DNA of 64,000 nucleotides from a virus: positions 32,001 through 96,000 of IMG/VR virus record IMGVR_UViG_3300027801_002517. The stretch is one strand, 5' to 3'. The notes below the pieces were generated by a model that worked only from the letters and a program-made list of their open reading frames with translations, searched no databases and was not told where the DNA came from. Made by a program: the position numbers and the translations under genes. Positions 38,699 to 48,592 of this stretch are shown piece after piece (positions within the stretch are counted from its first letter, which is position 1; each line of letters begins with the position of its first letter).

Positions 38699-40328
38699 TA
38701 ATTAATTCCTTAATTTTCATAAGTTTGTCTAGTAGGTTAATACCAAGAACATCAAATTTAACATGTCCCAATGCTTCAAGATCAGCCATTTCAAGACCAG
38801 CAATCTTTTCATCGCTACTCTTTTGATTCACCATCGGACATACACGGTTTAACTCTTCTTTAGATATTACAACGCCTGCTGCATGTTTACCTTGAGTTTT
38901 AAACGTACCTTCCATATCGATAGCTTGCTTAAAGTACTCAGCATAATCACCTTGTAATTCTCCAACATCATTAATAAAACAATAATCTCTTAATTCATTA
39001 GAGTTATTAATCAGTGCCCATTTAATAATAGATCTATCCTCATCATTCATCGCTGCTAATTGATCTGAAATATCTGCTTCATTTGGAATACTTTTAGTCA
39101 TTTCATTCATTAAACCAAAACCACAAACACCACTAACCCTCAAAACTTCTTTTAGTGCAGATCGACCTTGTAATCTACCAAATGTTAACATTTGACTAAC
39201 ATTACCATGACCGTAAGTGTCTTTTAGATAATTAATAATGTCATCCCTTTTATTTCCGGGAACATCCATATCAATATCTGGTAAAGAAATGTGATCACCA
39301 GTATTTCTACCGCTATTGTAGAATCTTTCGAACAGCAAATCAAACTCAATTGGGTCAATTTTTGTGATACCAATCATATATGATATTAAGCATCCAGCCG
39401 CAGAGCCTCGACCCGGACCTGAGATCCAACCATTACTCTCTACAAAATGTACAATATCTCTAACGATTAAAAAATAACCAAATAATTTTGCTTCTTCAAT
39501 AACACCAAATTCATGTAGGAACCTATGATAATACTTGTCCTTATCTTGCTGATCACTAACTTTACCTTCTTTTGCAAGAATGTTTCTCCAGCCATCGCGA
39601 CATAGTTCTTTCAGATATTCTTCCTCAGACTCACCACCTGGAGTTGGGAATATAGGCAGCATTGGTTTATTAAGTATATCGTATTCTTCACACTGATCAG
39701 AAATTTTATGCAGTACATTCGCATTTTCAATATCGTTTATAAGAATTTCAGAAAGTTCTTTACTGTTACGTAGATAAAAATCATCACATTCAAAAAACTC
39801 TTGATCATCGAATAATTTATCAGACCTTAACATCTCCCTAATTTTAGGCATAGTAGTTTTCATACCTGAACACAAAATAATTCTATGTAATGCAGCATGT
39901 TGTTTATCGGTGTAATATGTTGATCGCAAACATTCTGACACCATATAAAAATCATCACCCTTAATAGGTGAATTTGCTAAATTATTCGAAGTACAAATAA
40001 GGTTACCGGCTCGACATGCATCTTGAAGAATTCTTCCATCTGGATTACCATCCTCATTGATCGAAGAAACAATCTTAATAAGATCAAACCAACCATCTTT
40101 GTTTTTAGCAAATAATTCATAATTATCAAACGCACATCCAATTATAGGTTTTACATCATACTTGTGACAAGCCTGAAAGAAGGTGACTGCACCAGATATA
40201 GATTTGTAATCACAAATACCACAGGCTTTGTAGCCATTTTCGGAACATTTTTTAACTAACTCATCTGGTTTAGAAAATCCTTTTAGTAGTGAGTAATGAG
40301 TAAAATTTCTAAGCGGGAACCAATTCAT
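38691..40328 (-). CDS. dnaE: DNA polymerase III alpha, N-terminal half (PHP, palm, thumb)
   Basis: THYSLL, GPGRGSAAG, LLFERF, SLPDIDMD, GKHAAG, KFDVLG. Confidence 0.92.
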   Translation of the reverse strand: MNWFPLRNFTHYSLLKGFSKPDELVKKCSENGYKACGICDYKSISGAVTFFQACHKYDVKPIIGCAFDNYELFAKNKDGWFDLIKIVSSINEDGNPDGRILQDACRAGNLICTSNNLANSPIKGDDFYMVSECLRSTYYTDKQHAALHRIILCSGMKTTMPKIREMLRSDKLFDDQEFFECDDFYLRNSKELSEILINDIENANVLHKISDQCEEYDILNKPMLPIFPTPGGESEEEYLKELCRDGWRNILAKEGKVSDQQDKDKYYHRFLHEFGVIEEAKLFGYFLIVRDIVHFVESNGWISGPGRGSAAGCLISYMIGITKIDPIEFDLLFERFYNSGRNTGDHISLPDIDMDVPGNKRDDIINYLKDTYGHGNVSQMLTFGRLQGRSALKEVLRVSGVCGFGLMNEMTKSIPNEADISDQLAAMNDEDRSIIKWALINNSNELRDYCFINDVGELQGDYAEYFKQAIDMEGTFKTQGKHAAGVVISKEELNRVCPMVNQKSSDEKIAGLEMADLEALGHVKFDVLGINLLDKLMKIKELING

Positions 40329-40339
40329 TTCCTATTTCC

Positions 40340-41380
40340 TTAACCGGGAGCTTCGTAATAGCCAATTGAAAAACCTTTTCGAGTACAATCCTTAACAGTC
40401 TTATCCATTCCATGTGTTTTTAGATTATCATGCACATATTCACACATACTCTTGTCTGAGCCTTCCCATTTATTTTTACAGAAATGGCATAGGCTTTTAC
40501 ACTTGAAACTTTTTCTATTTACATCTAATAACTTGGGATTTTGATTATTCTTAATCTCTTCAAATCTGTCTTTCAGCATACCCAAAAATCTTGTTTCATC
40601 TGATTTATCAAATGCTAAACTAAATGGATATGGATCAATCTTACCGTCTTTATCCTTACAGAAAAAGATACTCATAATTCTATTTGGAAACTCTGGATAT
40701 AATTTAGAGATAGCATAGAAGTATAAAAGCAACTGAGGATCATTTTGCATCTTCTTATAGTCTTTGACTTCCATAGTAGCCCAGTCAAGCCTGCGACCAG
40801 TCTTCCAGTCAATCACTTCTATTGTATCATCATTAACTTTAGTTACAAGGTCAATGGTGCCTTTAATTGCCAATTGCCCCTCAACTATTGTGCCATCTGC
40901 TGCTTTGAATGAAGTTTTCGCCCAGTCTTCTTCAATTGGAATGTCGAAGTGGGGTTCTGGATGGTGAATGTTTCTATTCCTTGGATCAAACTGACCATTA
41001 TTATGATTCAGCATAAGCCATGCTATTTTAGATATTTCTTTTCTATCGGCAGGTCGCCAAGGATGAACTGAATCTTTTTTGTATGCTTCAAGACTAAGAT
41101 CACAAAGTTCTTCTATCGTTTCATCTAAATAGAGTTTATCTTCATGAACCTTGATTTTGCCTGCGGCATCATCATCAACTAATAGATATTTCTTTTTTGG
41201 ATTATCTTGCTGAAACTTTTTTAGTCCAGCGAGAATCTCCATGACTTTATGTACCATAGTACCAAGTTCCGCCTTCTTACCAGAAGTTGACTGATGACCA
41301 AGCACGTATGTCATAAAATACTGCATCTCACAGTAACGCCAGTTATTATAGCTGGAACTTCTGAAATAACTTATTAACAT
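40340..41380 (-). CDS. Cas4/RecB-like PD-(D/E)xK exonuclease
   Basis: GTMVHKVME, KGTIDL, IDWKTG, QLLLY; N-terminal Cys plus C-terminal Cys cluster. Confidence 0.8.
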   Translation of the reverse strand: MLISYFRSSSYNNWRYCEMQYFMTYVLGHQSTSGKKAELGTMVHKVMEILAGLKKFQQDNPKKKYLLVDDDAAGKIKVHEDKLYLDETIEELCDLSLEAYKKDSVHPWRPADRKEISKIAWLMLNHNNGQFDPRNRNIHHPEPHFDIPIEEDWAKTSFKAADGTIVEGQLAIKGTIDLVTKVNDDTIEVIDWKTGRRLDWATMEVKDYKKMQNDPQLLLYFYAISKLYPEFPNRIMSIFFCKDKDGKIDPYPFSLAFDKSDETRFLGMLKDRFEEIKNNQNPKLLDVNRKSFKCKSLCHFCKNKWEGSDKSMCEYVHDNLKTHGMDKTVKDCTRKGFSIGYYEAPG

Positions 41381-42123
41381 AGATTATCCTTATATAGGTC
41401 TTCGATAACGCTCTGTAATCTTTCAATTGTTCTGCCTTCACCCTGATTGTCTACAACATAGCTAAAATTCTTTTGATTATAATTTTTTGCATCTAACTGA
41501 GTTTCACTAGCATGTTCATCTTCAAACAAATCTCTATTTAACTTTATAACAATTCCACCAGCATCTTTAATAATATCAACCTCATTTGGAAATCTAACGT
41601 CAGCAACAATTGCTAATTGAGATTGTTCTGCAGCAATTCTATTAACTGTATTCTGACACCAAATTGGCTCCCACATTTTCCTCATAATGTCAGTACCAAA
41701 ATACTGCATAAATTCACGAGCTGTCATACTATCAACAAGTTTACTACTCCTCCATGTAGGCATATTGCACCATTTTAAATGGTCAATCTTTTCATTCTTT
41801 TGTTCATTTGTTCCGTATACATTTTCAAATGGAATATTAAACAAATCAATACATATCGTTTTCAAAGCGTCGGCAAAACTATACAGCTTAACGTATGGAT
41901 ACATAGCTCTTTCTGCGTAACTAATAAACTCATTGTCTTTTCTAGTGATATCAAACTCAGACCATTCTACAATTTCATCTGTTTTAATCAACAATTTACC
42001 ATCTGAAGAAATAGTATACTCAGATATCATTCCTTGTTCTTTTAACACAATACCATGTAAAATATTGGCAACAGTATTTTTTCCTGACTGTTTTTTACCT
42101 GCTATTCCTACAATCTTCATCAA
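41374..42123 (-). CDS. Deoxynucleoside monophosphate kinase (T4 gp1-like)
   Basis: GKKQSGKNT, SFADALK, REFMQYFGTD, DVRFPNE, HASE. Confidence 0.85.
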   Translation of the reverse strand: MMKIVGIAGKKQSGKNTVANILHGIVLKEQGMISEYTISSDGKLLIKTDEIVEWSEFDITRKDNEFISYAERAMYPYVKLYSFADALKTICIDLFNIPFENVYGTNEQKNEKIDHLKWCNMPTWRSSKLVDSMTAREFMQYFGTDIMRKMWEPIWCQNTVNRIAAEQSQLAIVADVRFPNEVDIIKDAGGIVIKLNRDLFEDEHASETQLDAKNYNQKNFSYVVDNQGEGRTIERLQSVIEDLYKDNLC

Positions 42124-43160
42124 TATAACCCTTTTAATTTAGAGGTGATTTCTTCTCGAATTGATTCAATAGACATATCTCCAATATCCTTCTTAGACAT
42201 TTTGGGAAACTTCAAAGTAAACAACCTGCTTAATTCTCTTTTAATTTTAATCTTAGCCTCCCTACCAGCTTGATCATTATCTGTCAACACAATTAATGTA
42301 GTCACTCCAGATTTTAATAGTTTATCTTTCTGATAATGTGATATATCTTTACCAAAAAGACCAACGCAATTTTCGACTCCAGTTTCATACATTTTCCATA
42401 CATCACCTTGACCTTCCGTTAAAAACAAACAGGATGTTTCTGTTGCTTTATCCATAGCTCGATGTTGATTATACAGATATTGTGATTTTTTAAATCCATC
42501 TGAGTATAAATATTTTGGTTTTACATAATCTTTATTTGACCGTGCTATAAATCCAATTTGTTTTCCGTATCGATTATGTGCTGGAATTATTGATCTTCCA
42601 TACATGTGAGATTTTTTATCTAAGCAATCGGTTATATTAAAATGTTTTAGTGTTGATGAAGAAAATCCTCTTTGCTTAAAATACTCTGACCCATTACTCG
42701 TTACAATGCTTGGAAAGGAAAGGTTAGTATATGTTTCTTGTTTTTTCTTATTGAAAATCTTTACCATTGTAGAAAATTCAGATTCTACTTTTTCTTCTGA
42801 TTCATCTGAGAATTCTTGATGTGAAATATTATATATCTTACATACAAACCTTAAAACATCACTGAATGATGCTTCATTTTCTTTCGATAGAACCCCGTTA
42901 ATAAATCCAAGTATGTCTGTATTATATTGTTCGTGACAACCTCTCGTCCAGCAACGCCAAGACATCTTGCTTTTTGATATTGATAGACCATGAGGATTAT
43001 CACTCGCCTCATGTATTGGACAACACATGAAGTAATTATCATCTTTCTTTTGGAAAGTTAATTCCAAATTTTGTAGTAACAATTCTATATCACGAAAAAT
43101 AATTTGTTTGACTTTATTTAAGTCTAATTTTTTATTTGCCGGTAGCTTTGTTGTATTCAT
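42120..43160 (-). CDS. dnaG: DNA primase (CHC2 zinc finger + TOPRIM)
   Basis: CPIH...CWTRGC, KYL, TEGQGD, DNDQAG. Confidence 0.88.
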   Translation of the reverse strand: MNTTKLPANKKLDLNKVKQIIFRDIELLLQNLELTFQKKDDNYFMCCPIHEASDNPHGLSISKSKMSWRCWTRGCHEQYNTDILGFINGVLSKENEASFSDVLRFVCKIYNISHQEFSDESEEKVESEFSTMVKIFNKKKQETYTNLSFPSIVTSNGSEYFKQRGFSSSTLKHFNITDCLDKKSHMYGRSIIPAHNRYGKQIGFIARSNKDYVKPKYLYSDGFKKSQYLYNQHRAMDKATETSCLFLTEGQGDVWKMYETGVENCVGLFGKDISHYQKDKLLKSGVTTLIVLTDNDQAGREAKIKIKRELSRLFTLKFPKMSKKDIGDMSIESIREEITSKLKGLY

Positions 43161-43293
43161 ACCACAATAATCCTAAATTAGCTGTTGCATATGAAAACCA
43201 CATCAAACTGTGAGGATAATCTTTTTCTATGAGATTTCCTATACATACTATTACATAACAACATGTAGCTATAGCTATAGCAAAGATTGTCAT
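43132..43293 (-). CDS. Small two-TM membrane protein, missing from the ORF track
   Basis: Hand translation: MTIFAIAIATCCYVIVCIGNLIEKDYPHSLMWFSYATANLGLLWYEYNKATGK (53 aa); fills the dnaB-primase gap. Confidence 0.7.
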   Translation of the reverse strand: MTIFAIAIATCCYVIVCIGNLIEKDYPHSLMWFSYATANLGLLWYEYNKATGK

Positions 43294-43295
43294 AA

Positions 43296-44738
43296 TTACT
43301 CATCTTCCTCTATTGGAATTTCAGCACCTTCGATAGCACCTTCAGCACCTCCACCTGCTCTGAGTTCATCTCTGGTACGCAATTCTAATAGTTGAGCATG
43401 ATCTCCAATCATACGCATATTAATATAATTACCATCTAACAAACCAGAACCATGCCTAGTCTTTAGGGTGACTAGTTTTCTATTACCTGAGTTTGGACCA
43501 TCTTCAGCTAATTCTTCTGCTGACTTTGCTTTAAAAATAGAAAAAGATGTACATAACCAAATCAATCTATCAGACCCACTAACAGCATCTGTAGACTCTT
43601 TAGTTATACCATCTCTATTCAATTGTACAAACGATAAACATGGAAATTCATACTTAACAGCTAAATTATGTAACGATGTAATTTGAAATCCCAATGCTTG
43701 ATATTCTTGTATGTTATTACTGATAGATCCAGAACTCATCAATTTCAAATAGTCATAAACAACAAGGCATTTATTGGTTTTACCATTTTCATCTTGACCA
43801 ACCTCCTGCATAATCCATCGCTTAATTGTATTCATAATTTGCTCAAATGGAGCACCAGCGATTGTGACGTAGGTATAGGGAATATCTTTAATACGATCAA
43901 TCGCTTGCTTTACTTTGATGGTTTTGTCATCATCATCAGTAAATCGTCCAGTAGCTACCTCATTAATCGGAACACCACTAAGATTAGAAATAATACGATT
44001 AAGGTGGTCTTCTTTTGACATTTCAGTATCCAGCATTAACACTGGAATACCTTTAGTAGCTACGTTAATAGCGACATTATCGCCAAACACACTTTTACCA
44101 ACACCCGGACGAGCAGATACCAAATCGACACAACCCGGCCTTAGACCGCCTCCAATGGCTGCATCATATCTCGCAAATCCTGTTGGAATCCCAATTTGAT
44201 CACATTTATTCTCAACGAGAAACTCAAGATATTCCTCTATACCATCGCCAATCCTTTCCGGCTTGTTCCCAGTATCATCCTCTCTTAAAAAATCTGTAAT
44301 TGGATTTTCCAAGATACTGATAATTTCATCGATAGATTCATCACCATTTATATCATCAATATTCCTACCAATTTTATTGGTAAGTTTTTTGATCTTCCTT
44401 GCAAACTCAAATTTCTTTATTTGTGCTGCAAAGTAAAGTACATTATCCTGTTTAACCGGATATTCCATCAAAGAATTTATGTACTCTAATTCTTGATTGG
44501 AATTAATTATATCTTGTAAATCTAATTTCTTAGCTGCTGATAGCAAAGATGGCAAATCTATTTCTGCCCCATCCTTGATAATCTTTTCTATACATTTAAA
44601 AATAACCTGATTATTTTTATGAGAGAAGCTATCACTATCAATGACATCGCATACCTCAACATATGATTCTAAACCATATGACAAAATACCTGCTAGGACT
44701 GCTCTCTCAGCACCTAGATCCATCAGATTGTTAGACAT
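43296..44738 (-). CDS. dnaB: Replicative DNA helicase
   Basis: AERAVL, GIPTGF, ARPGVGKS, DTEM, YDYLKL, VQLNR. Confidence 0.92.
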   Translation of the reverse strand: MSNNLMDLGAERAVLAGILSYGLESYVEVCDVIDSDSFSHKNNQVIFKCIEKIIKDGAEIDLPSLLSAAKKLDLQDIINSNQELEYINSLMEYPVKQDNVLYFAAQIKKFEFARKIKKLTNKIGRNIDDINGDESIDEIISILENPITDFLREDDTGNKPERIGDGIEEYLEFLVENKCDQIGIPTGFARYDAAIGGGLRPGCVDLVSARPGVGKSVFGDNVAINVATKGIPVLMLDTEMSKEDHLNRIISNLSGVPINEVATGRFTDDDDKTIKVKQAIDRIKDIPYTYVTIAGAPFEQIMNTIKRWIMQEVGQDENGKTNKCLVVYDYLKLMSSGSISNNIQEYQALGFQITSLHNLAVKYEFPCLSFVQLNRDGITKESTDAVSGSDRLIWLCTSFSIFKAKSAEELAEDGPNSGNRKLVTLKTRHGSGLLDGNYINMRMIGDHAQLLELRTRDELRAGGGAEGAIEGAEIPIEEDE

Positions 44739-44742
44739 TTAT

Positions 44743-45162
44743 TTATCCGGTACATTTGTTGCAGCGATGGTATTCACCAAATGCAAGCGTGGGGTTAACA
44801 GAAAAAGTTTTACCACAAACGTGACATTCTACTCTTTTCTTCCCTGGCTTAGAACGGTTTCTTGCAGTCCTTTTAACATCTGGAGTTTCAATATCCATAT
44901 GTTCAATACCATCATCTTCCCATCGGTTTTTTCTTGCTCTCACGGCTTGTCTCCCATTTTGTTGTTCCCCTCTAAAAACGGTAAAATCGTCGTTGACCCT
45001 TGTAGCGACTTTATTTTCTGGAGAATCAGAATAATCTACTAAACTATCATCTGGTGACGATGGAGCAATGAATTCTGATTCTTCCGTTGTATCTTCCATC
45101 AACATCTGCATCATTTTTTGTTTTTGTTCTGGACTCAATGATTTCAAGAAGTCTTCTATCAT
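44743..45162 (-). CDS. Hypothetical protein with C-terminal zinc ribbon
   Basis: CHVC...CNKC. Confidence 0.6.
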   Translation of the reverse strand: MIEDFLKSLSPEQKQKMMQMLMEDTTEESEFIAPSSPDDSLVDYSDSPENKVATRVNDDFTVFRGEQQNGRQAVRARKNRWEDDGIEHMDIETPDVKRTARNRSKPGKKRVECHVCGKTFSVNPTLAFGEYHRCNKCTG

Positions 45163-45644
45163 AGCTTTCTTCCCTTTTCAAGTAAGCAATCTGCCTTTTT
45201 TCTAACATTAAATTCTTTGTTTTTCAAGGATAGAATCCTAGTTGCTGCTACAGACTTAAAGTCAACTAATTTTTGTGCCACACTATTTTCTTTAATAATC
45301 ATCTGAGTCTTTAAATCATTGTTAGCATAAACATTTTGAAAGTCCATAAAGTCTCTGGCTACTATCTGATTGATCCATTTGTCACAAAAATGTATTACGG
45401 ACTCCTGCCGTGATCTTTCACTGTTAATATGATCAGAGTAATGATATAGCATTAATGCATAGTTGAAACAATCATCTTGATTTAATTGCCTGATATTGTC
45501 AAGAGATAATCTTTCGGCTTCTCTAAAATCATCAGAATAGTTTAGGGGAGACAGATTTTTATTTTCAATGTATTCATCTATTCTGTCTAGGAATGTTTTG
45601 AGCTGTTCCTCACAATGACTCAAGTTGCTGTCTCCAATTTTCAA
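45159..45644 (-). CDS. Hypothetical helical protein
   Basis: 161 aa, coupled within the recA-dnaB operon. Confidence 0.55.
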   Translation of the reverse strand: MKIGDSNLSHCEEQLKTFLDRIDEYIENKNLSPLNYSDDFREAERLSLDNIRQLNQDDCFNYALMLYHYSDHINSERSRQESVIHFCDKWINQIVARDFMDFQNVYANNDLKTQMIIKENSVAQKLVDFKSVAATRILSLKNKEFNVRKKADCLLEKGRKL

Positions 45645-46032
45645 TATCGTCAGAATATTTCAAAACGATTAAGTTAATATTGTTTAATTCACACCATTCC
45701 TCTTTTAAGGAATCTCTTTTTATCGCTTGTATATATTTAGCTTTAGTCTTATGGAAATATGGTACATACTCATAATGCTGTTTACCATGAACTTCTACGC
45801 CAATCATAAGGTTTGGTATGAAAAAGTCAAGGAATAATACAGATTTTAAATGAGGTTTTCTAGATCCGGGTAATTTTACTTCTTCTAAAATAGAATAACC
45901 AGCAAACATCTGGTGTAATAATTCTCTAGTCTTTAAATGGTACTGAGACTTCTTAGTAGAGTCATCCGCTCTAATGATATAATTATCAAGTTTTACATTG
46001 TATTGTCTACCATTGAACCCAACAAATTTCAT
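45610..46032 (-). CDS. Vsr/DUF559-like endonuclease
   Basis: LFLDFFIP...VEVHGKQHY...RD..K...C. Confidence 0.7.
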   Translation of the reverse strand: MKFVGFNGRQYNVKLDNYIIRADDSTKKSQYHLKTRELLHQMFAGYSILEEVKLPGSRKPHLKSVLFLDFFIPNLMIGVEVHGKQHYEYVPYFHKTKAKYIQAIKRDSLKEEWCELNNINLIVLKYSDDIENWRQQLESL

Positions 46033-47132
46033 CCCAACATCATATCCTTAACTTCTTCGTATATAAAATCACAAACCTCGTGATTGCTTTCTAAAAATTC
46101 GCTTAAGTTTTGCATACCCTGAAATTTGAAAAACTTTTCTATACTTTCTACATCATCTTTTACATCGTTCTTAGTTAGAATATTTTTAATAATTGGATTA
46201 TCAACATTGTTAACACCAGTAGTTACTGTATACCACGCACCAGCCTTTTTAATCAAGCTTAGTTCGGAAGCAATTTGTGCAATTTCCTGAACATGATCAA
46301 TACCAACTCCGTATTTAATCCAACTGTCTGCCAATGAATTAGGAATTCCACCAGCGGCAGATGTCTTAATCTTCCAGTGTGCCACTTGTCCAATGTCATT
46401 GCCAGAAGATGACTCCCACTTACCACGGTGAGTAATTACCATATTGGTTCCTGCCTGATACTGGAGCATATTTCCTCCGTCAGACATCTTGTTAGGTGAA
46501 AATCTACTACCACCAGTATTAGCAATATTATGTGTAATGAAAATACAAATGGCACCTCTGCGAGCTACATCACCACTGATTCTTTTAAAGAACTGTGCTA
46601 ACAGTCTTGGTAATGCATTTCTAATTCCAGTTCTAATGTCACCGTCGAGTTCCTCTTGTGGCAACATGTTAGATGTGGAATCTACAATGGTTACAAGGTC
46701 ATCCTGCTGTTTGATTAGAGTTTCAAGAGTATTTAAATATTCTTCCGCAGAAATCACAGGTTTTGCTTCTGACGTACCAATAATCTTCACATTATCCGGA
46801 TTTAAACCTTTAATTGCGTCCAGATGATGCTTACTCAGTCTACCTTCAACATCAAAATAGAAAATCTTCTTTCCATGTTTTTGTGCCTGAGCAGCAAATG
46901 ACAATGCTGTAACTGTTTTGCCAGTCTTAGGATCGCCAGTCATAACAACAACATTACCTTCTCGTATGCCACCCCCAAGTGCAATATCTAAAGATGGTGA
47001 CATTGGTATGACTTTGTGGTTGGATATATCTTCAAGAACCTTACTTCCTTCTTGAATCAAATCACCCCACTTGTTAACAATTTGACTACAAACTGGATCA
47101 TCTTTGAATTTATCATTCTTCTTTTTTGCCAT
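46029..47132 (-). CDS. recA: RecA/UvsX recombinase
   Basis: SLDIALGGGI, GDPKTGKT, DVEG, IVDS, KKAGAWY. Confidence 0.88.
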   Translation of the reverse strand: MAKKKNDKFKDDPVCSQIVNKWGDLIQEGSKVLEDISNHKVIPMSPSLDIALGGGIREGNVVVMTGDPKTGKTVTALSFAAQAQKHGKKIFYFDVEGRLSKHHLDAIKGLNPDNVKIIGTSEAKPVISAEEYLNTLETLIKQQDDLVTIVDSTSNMLPQEELDGDIRTGIRNALPRLLAQFFKRISGDVARRGAICIFITHNIANTGGSRFSPNKMSDGGNMLQYQAGTNMVITHRGKWESSSGNDIGQVAHWKIKTSAAGGIPNSLADSWIKYGVGIDHVQEIAQIASELSLIKKAGAWYTVTTGVNNVDNPIIKNILTKNDVKDDVESIEKFFKFQGMQNLSEFLESNHEVCDFIYEEVKDMMLG

Positions 47133-47571
47133 CGAACTTTAAGCCTCTCAATTTATTCAATTTAGATTTTTTACCAAAACTTTTCTTGCGGGTCTCAGCA
47201 TCTTCTGTAATATCAAGCTTTTGAGCTTCTTGTTCTTTCTCCTTCTTGACAATGTTACTATACTTTTTGATAATAGGAATTGCTCTTTTATTCTTTAATG
47301 AAAAGATTTTTCCCCATTCTTTAGAGTTAATAGCTCTAACTACGGCTTCTTCACTATATTCATCAATTATTTTATTAGCAGCGATCAATTGTTTTTTAAA
47401 TGTCCAATCCCAAGGCTTTACACTCCAAAACTTAAATGGTAATGAACCGACATTTTTATATTCAGCATATTTCATGCACATAATTTCAGCGACGTATGCC
47501 GCACATGTACAATGATCACCAGTAGATTGATGTTTATACTTACTTCTTTCGGTTCTTTTTCTTTTAGGCAT
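47113..47571 (-). CDS. Basic hypothetical protein
   Basis: Lys-rich ORF; likely start MPKRK. Confidence 0.55.
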   Translation of the reverse strand: MPKRKRTERSKYKHQSTGDHCTCAAYVAEIMCMKYAEYKNVGSLPFKFWSVKPWDWTFKKQLIAANKIIDEYSEEAVVRAINSKEWGKIFSLKNKRAIPIIKKYSNIVKKEKEQEAQKLDITEDAETRKKSFGKKSKLNKLRGLKFDGKKEE

Positions 47572-47965
47572 TACGTATGAGTGCTTCTTCGAAACAGTCT
47601 TCAATATCATCTTCTAATTCTTTCTCAACAATTAACTCTGGAACTAACCACATCTGTTTATGAACAATGCCGTCTTTAAGAATACCAGTTGTATAAAACT
47701 GTTTATTCTCGGAACCCATCTGACCCATAATTGATCGGATTAAATAGACACCTTCAGCATCTTCTAAATCAATTTCAATCTTATGAGAACGGAATTGTAG
47801 TTGTAATTCTTGAATAAATAATCCTTCAGAATCACATTTCTCCTTTACAGATTGCCATCCTGCAAACTCATCATAATAAAATTCCTCACCATTTGTAAGT
47901 TGAATTTTTATCCAAACCGCTTGTTTATTTCCCCTATAAGATTTTAACCATTGCTCATCATTCAT
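47564..47965 (-). CDS. Hypothetical protein
   Basis: 133 aa, coupled ORF. Confidence 0.55.
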   Translation of the reverse strand: MNDEQWLKSYRGNKQAVWIKIQLTNGEEFYYDEFAGWQSVKEKCDSEGLFIQELQLQFRSHKIEIDLEDAEGVYLIRSIMGQMGSENKQFYTTGILKDGIVHKQMWLVPELIVEKELEDDIEDCFEEALIRNA

Positions 47966-48264
47966 TCTTTTATCCTAGTCACACAATGTTCTTGTCTTGA
48001 TGTAGAATGATTATTTTGTCTAGCTACATCAGATAGCTCTGAAGCATTCTGTGTCATCACTGTGGCACCACCTTGATGTGCAAATTGACTACCAGCAGTC
48101 AATACAGAATCACTTTCCTCTTTATCTTTACATTTAGTTACACATCTTTTTACAAGACTTTTCGCTCTATCAAGCTCCTTACATATCTCATCTATTTCCA
48201 TTGTCTTATGATGATGTTGAATATAAAACTCTTCAGCTTTTCCTAATGGTCCTTTTTTAGTCAT
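47962..48264 (-). CDS. Hypothetical protein, possible HTH
   Basis: MEIDEICKELDRAKSLV. Confidence 0.5.
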   Translation of the reverse strand: MTKKGPLGKAEEFYIQHHHKTMEIDEICKELDRAKSLVKRCVTKCKDKEESDSVLTAGSQFAHQGGATVMTQNASELSDVARQNNHSTSRQEHCVTRIKE

Positions 48265-48592
48265 TTAAAAATCCTCTCTGAGCTTTAGTCATATATAAGC
48301 TATTTTTACTAGATAAATACATCATATAGAAATCAAATGTATTTTTGGAAACACTTTTTAAATCAATAGGCAAAGCTCTTTCTCTTCGACCATATATTCC
48401 GTTAGGGTCAAATGGAGAGCTACTATACACTCTTATATAATAGTAGGCACGACCATTTTTTACCACACTTTTTGCATAAAATCTTTCATTTTCACCAGAA
48501 ATTTCTTGGCCATCTTTGTTAAACCACATTTCTTCTTGTTTTTGGGATTGCGGTAGTTCTTCTATCTCTTCTTCGCTGTCAATATATCTCAT
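48257..48592 (-). CDS. Hypothetical protein
   Basis: 111 aa, coupled ORF. Confidence 0.55.
   Translation of the reverse strand: MRYIDSEEEIEELPQSQKQEEMWFNKDGQEISGENERFYAKSVVKNGRAYYYIRVYSSSPFDPNGIYGRRERALPIDLKSVSKNTFDFYMMYLSSKNSLYMTKAQRGFLND

Noticed and set aside
36457-40328. Split intein or group I intron in dnaE
   Set aside because: No Cys/Ser-starting intein N-block or His-Asn C-terminus. The intervening gene is a DEDDh exonuclease with no non-coding flanks that could fold as an intron.
40340-41380. CRISPR-Cas system
   Set aside because: Only a solo Cas4-like nuclease; no repeat-spacer array or other cas genes were seen in the window.
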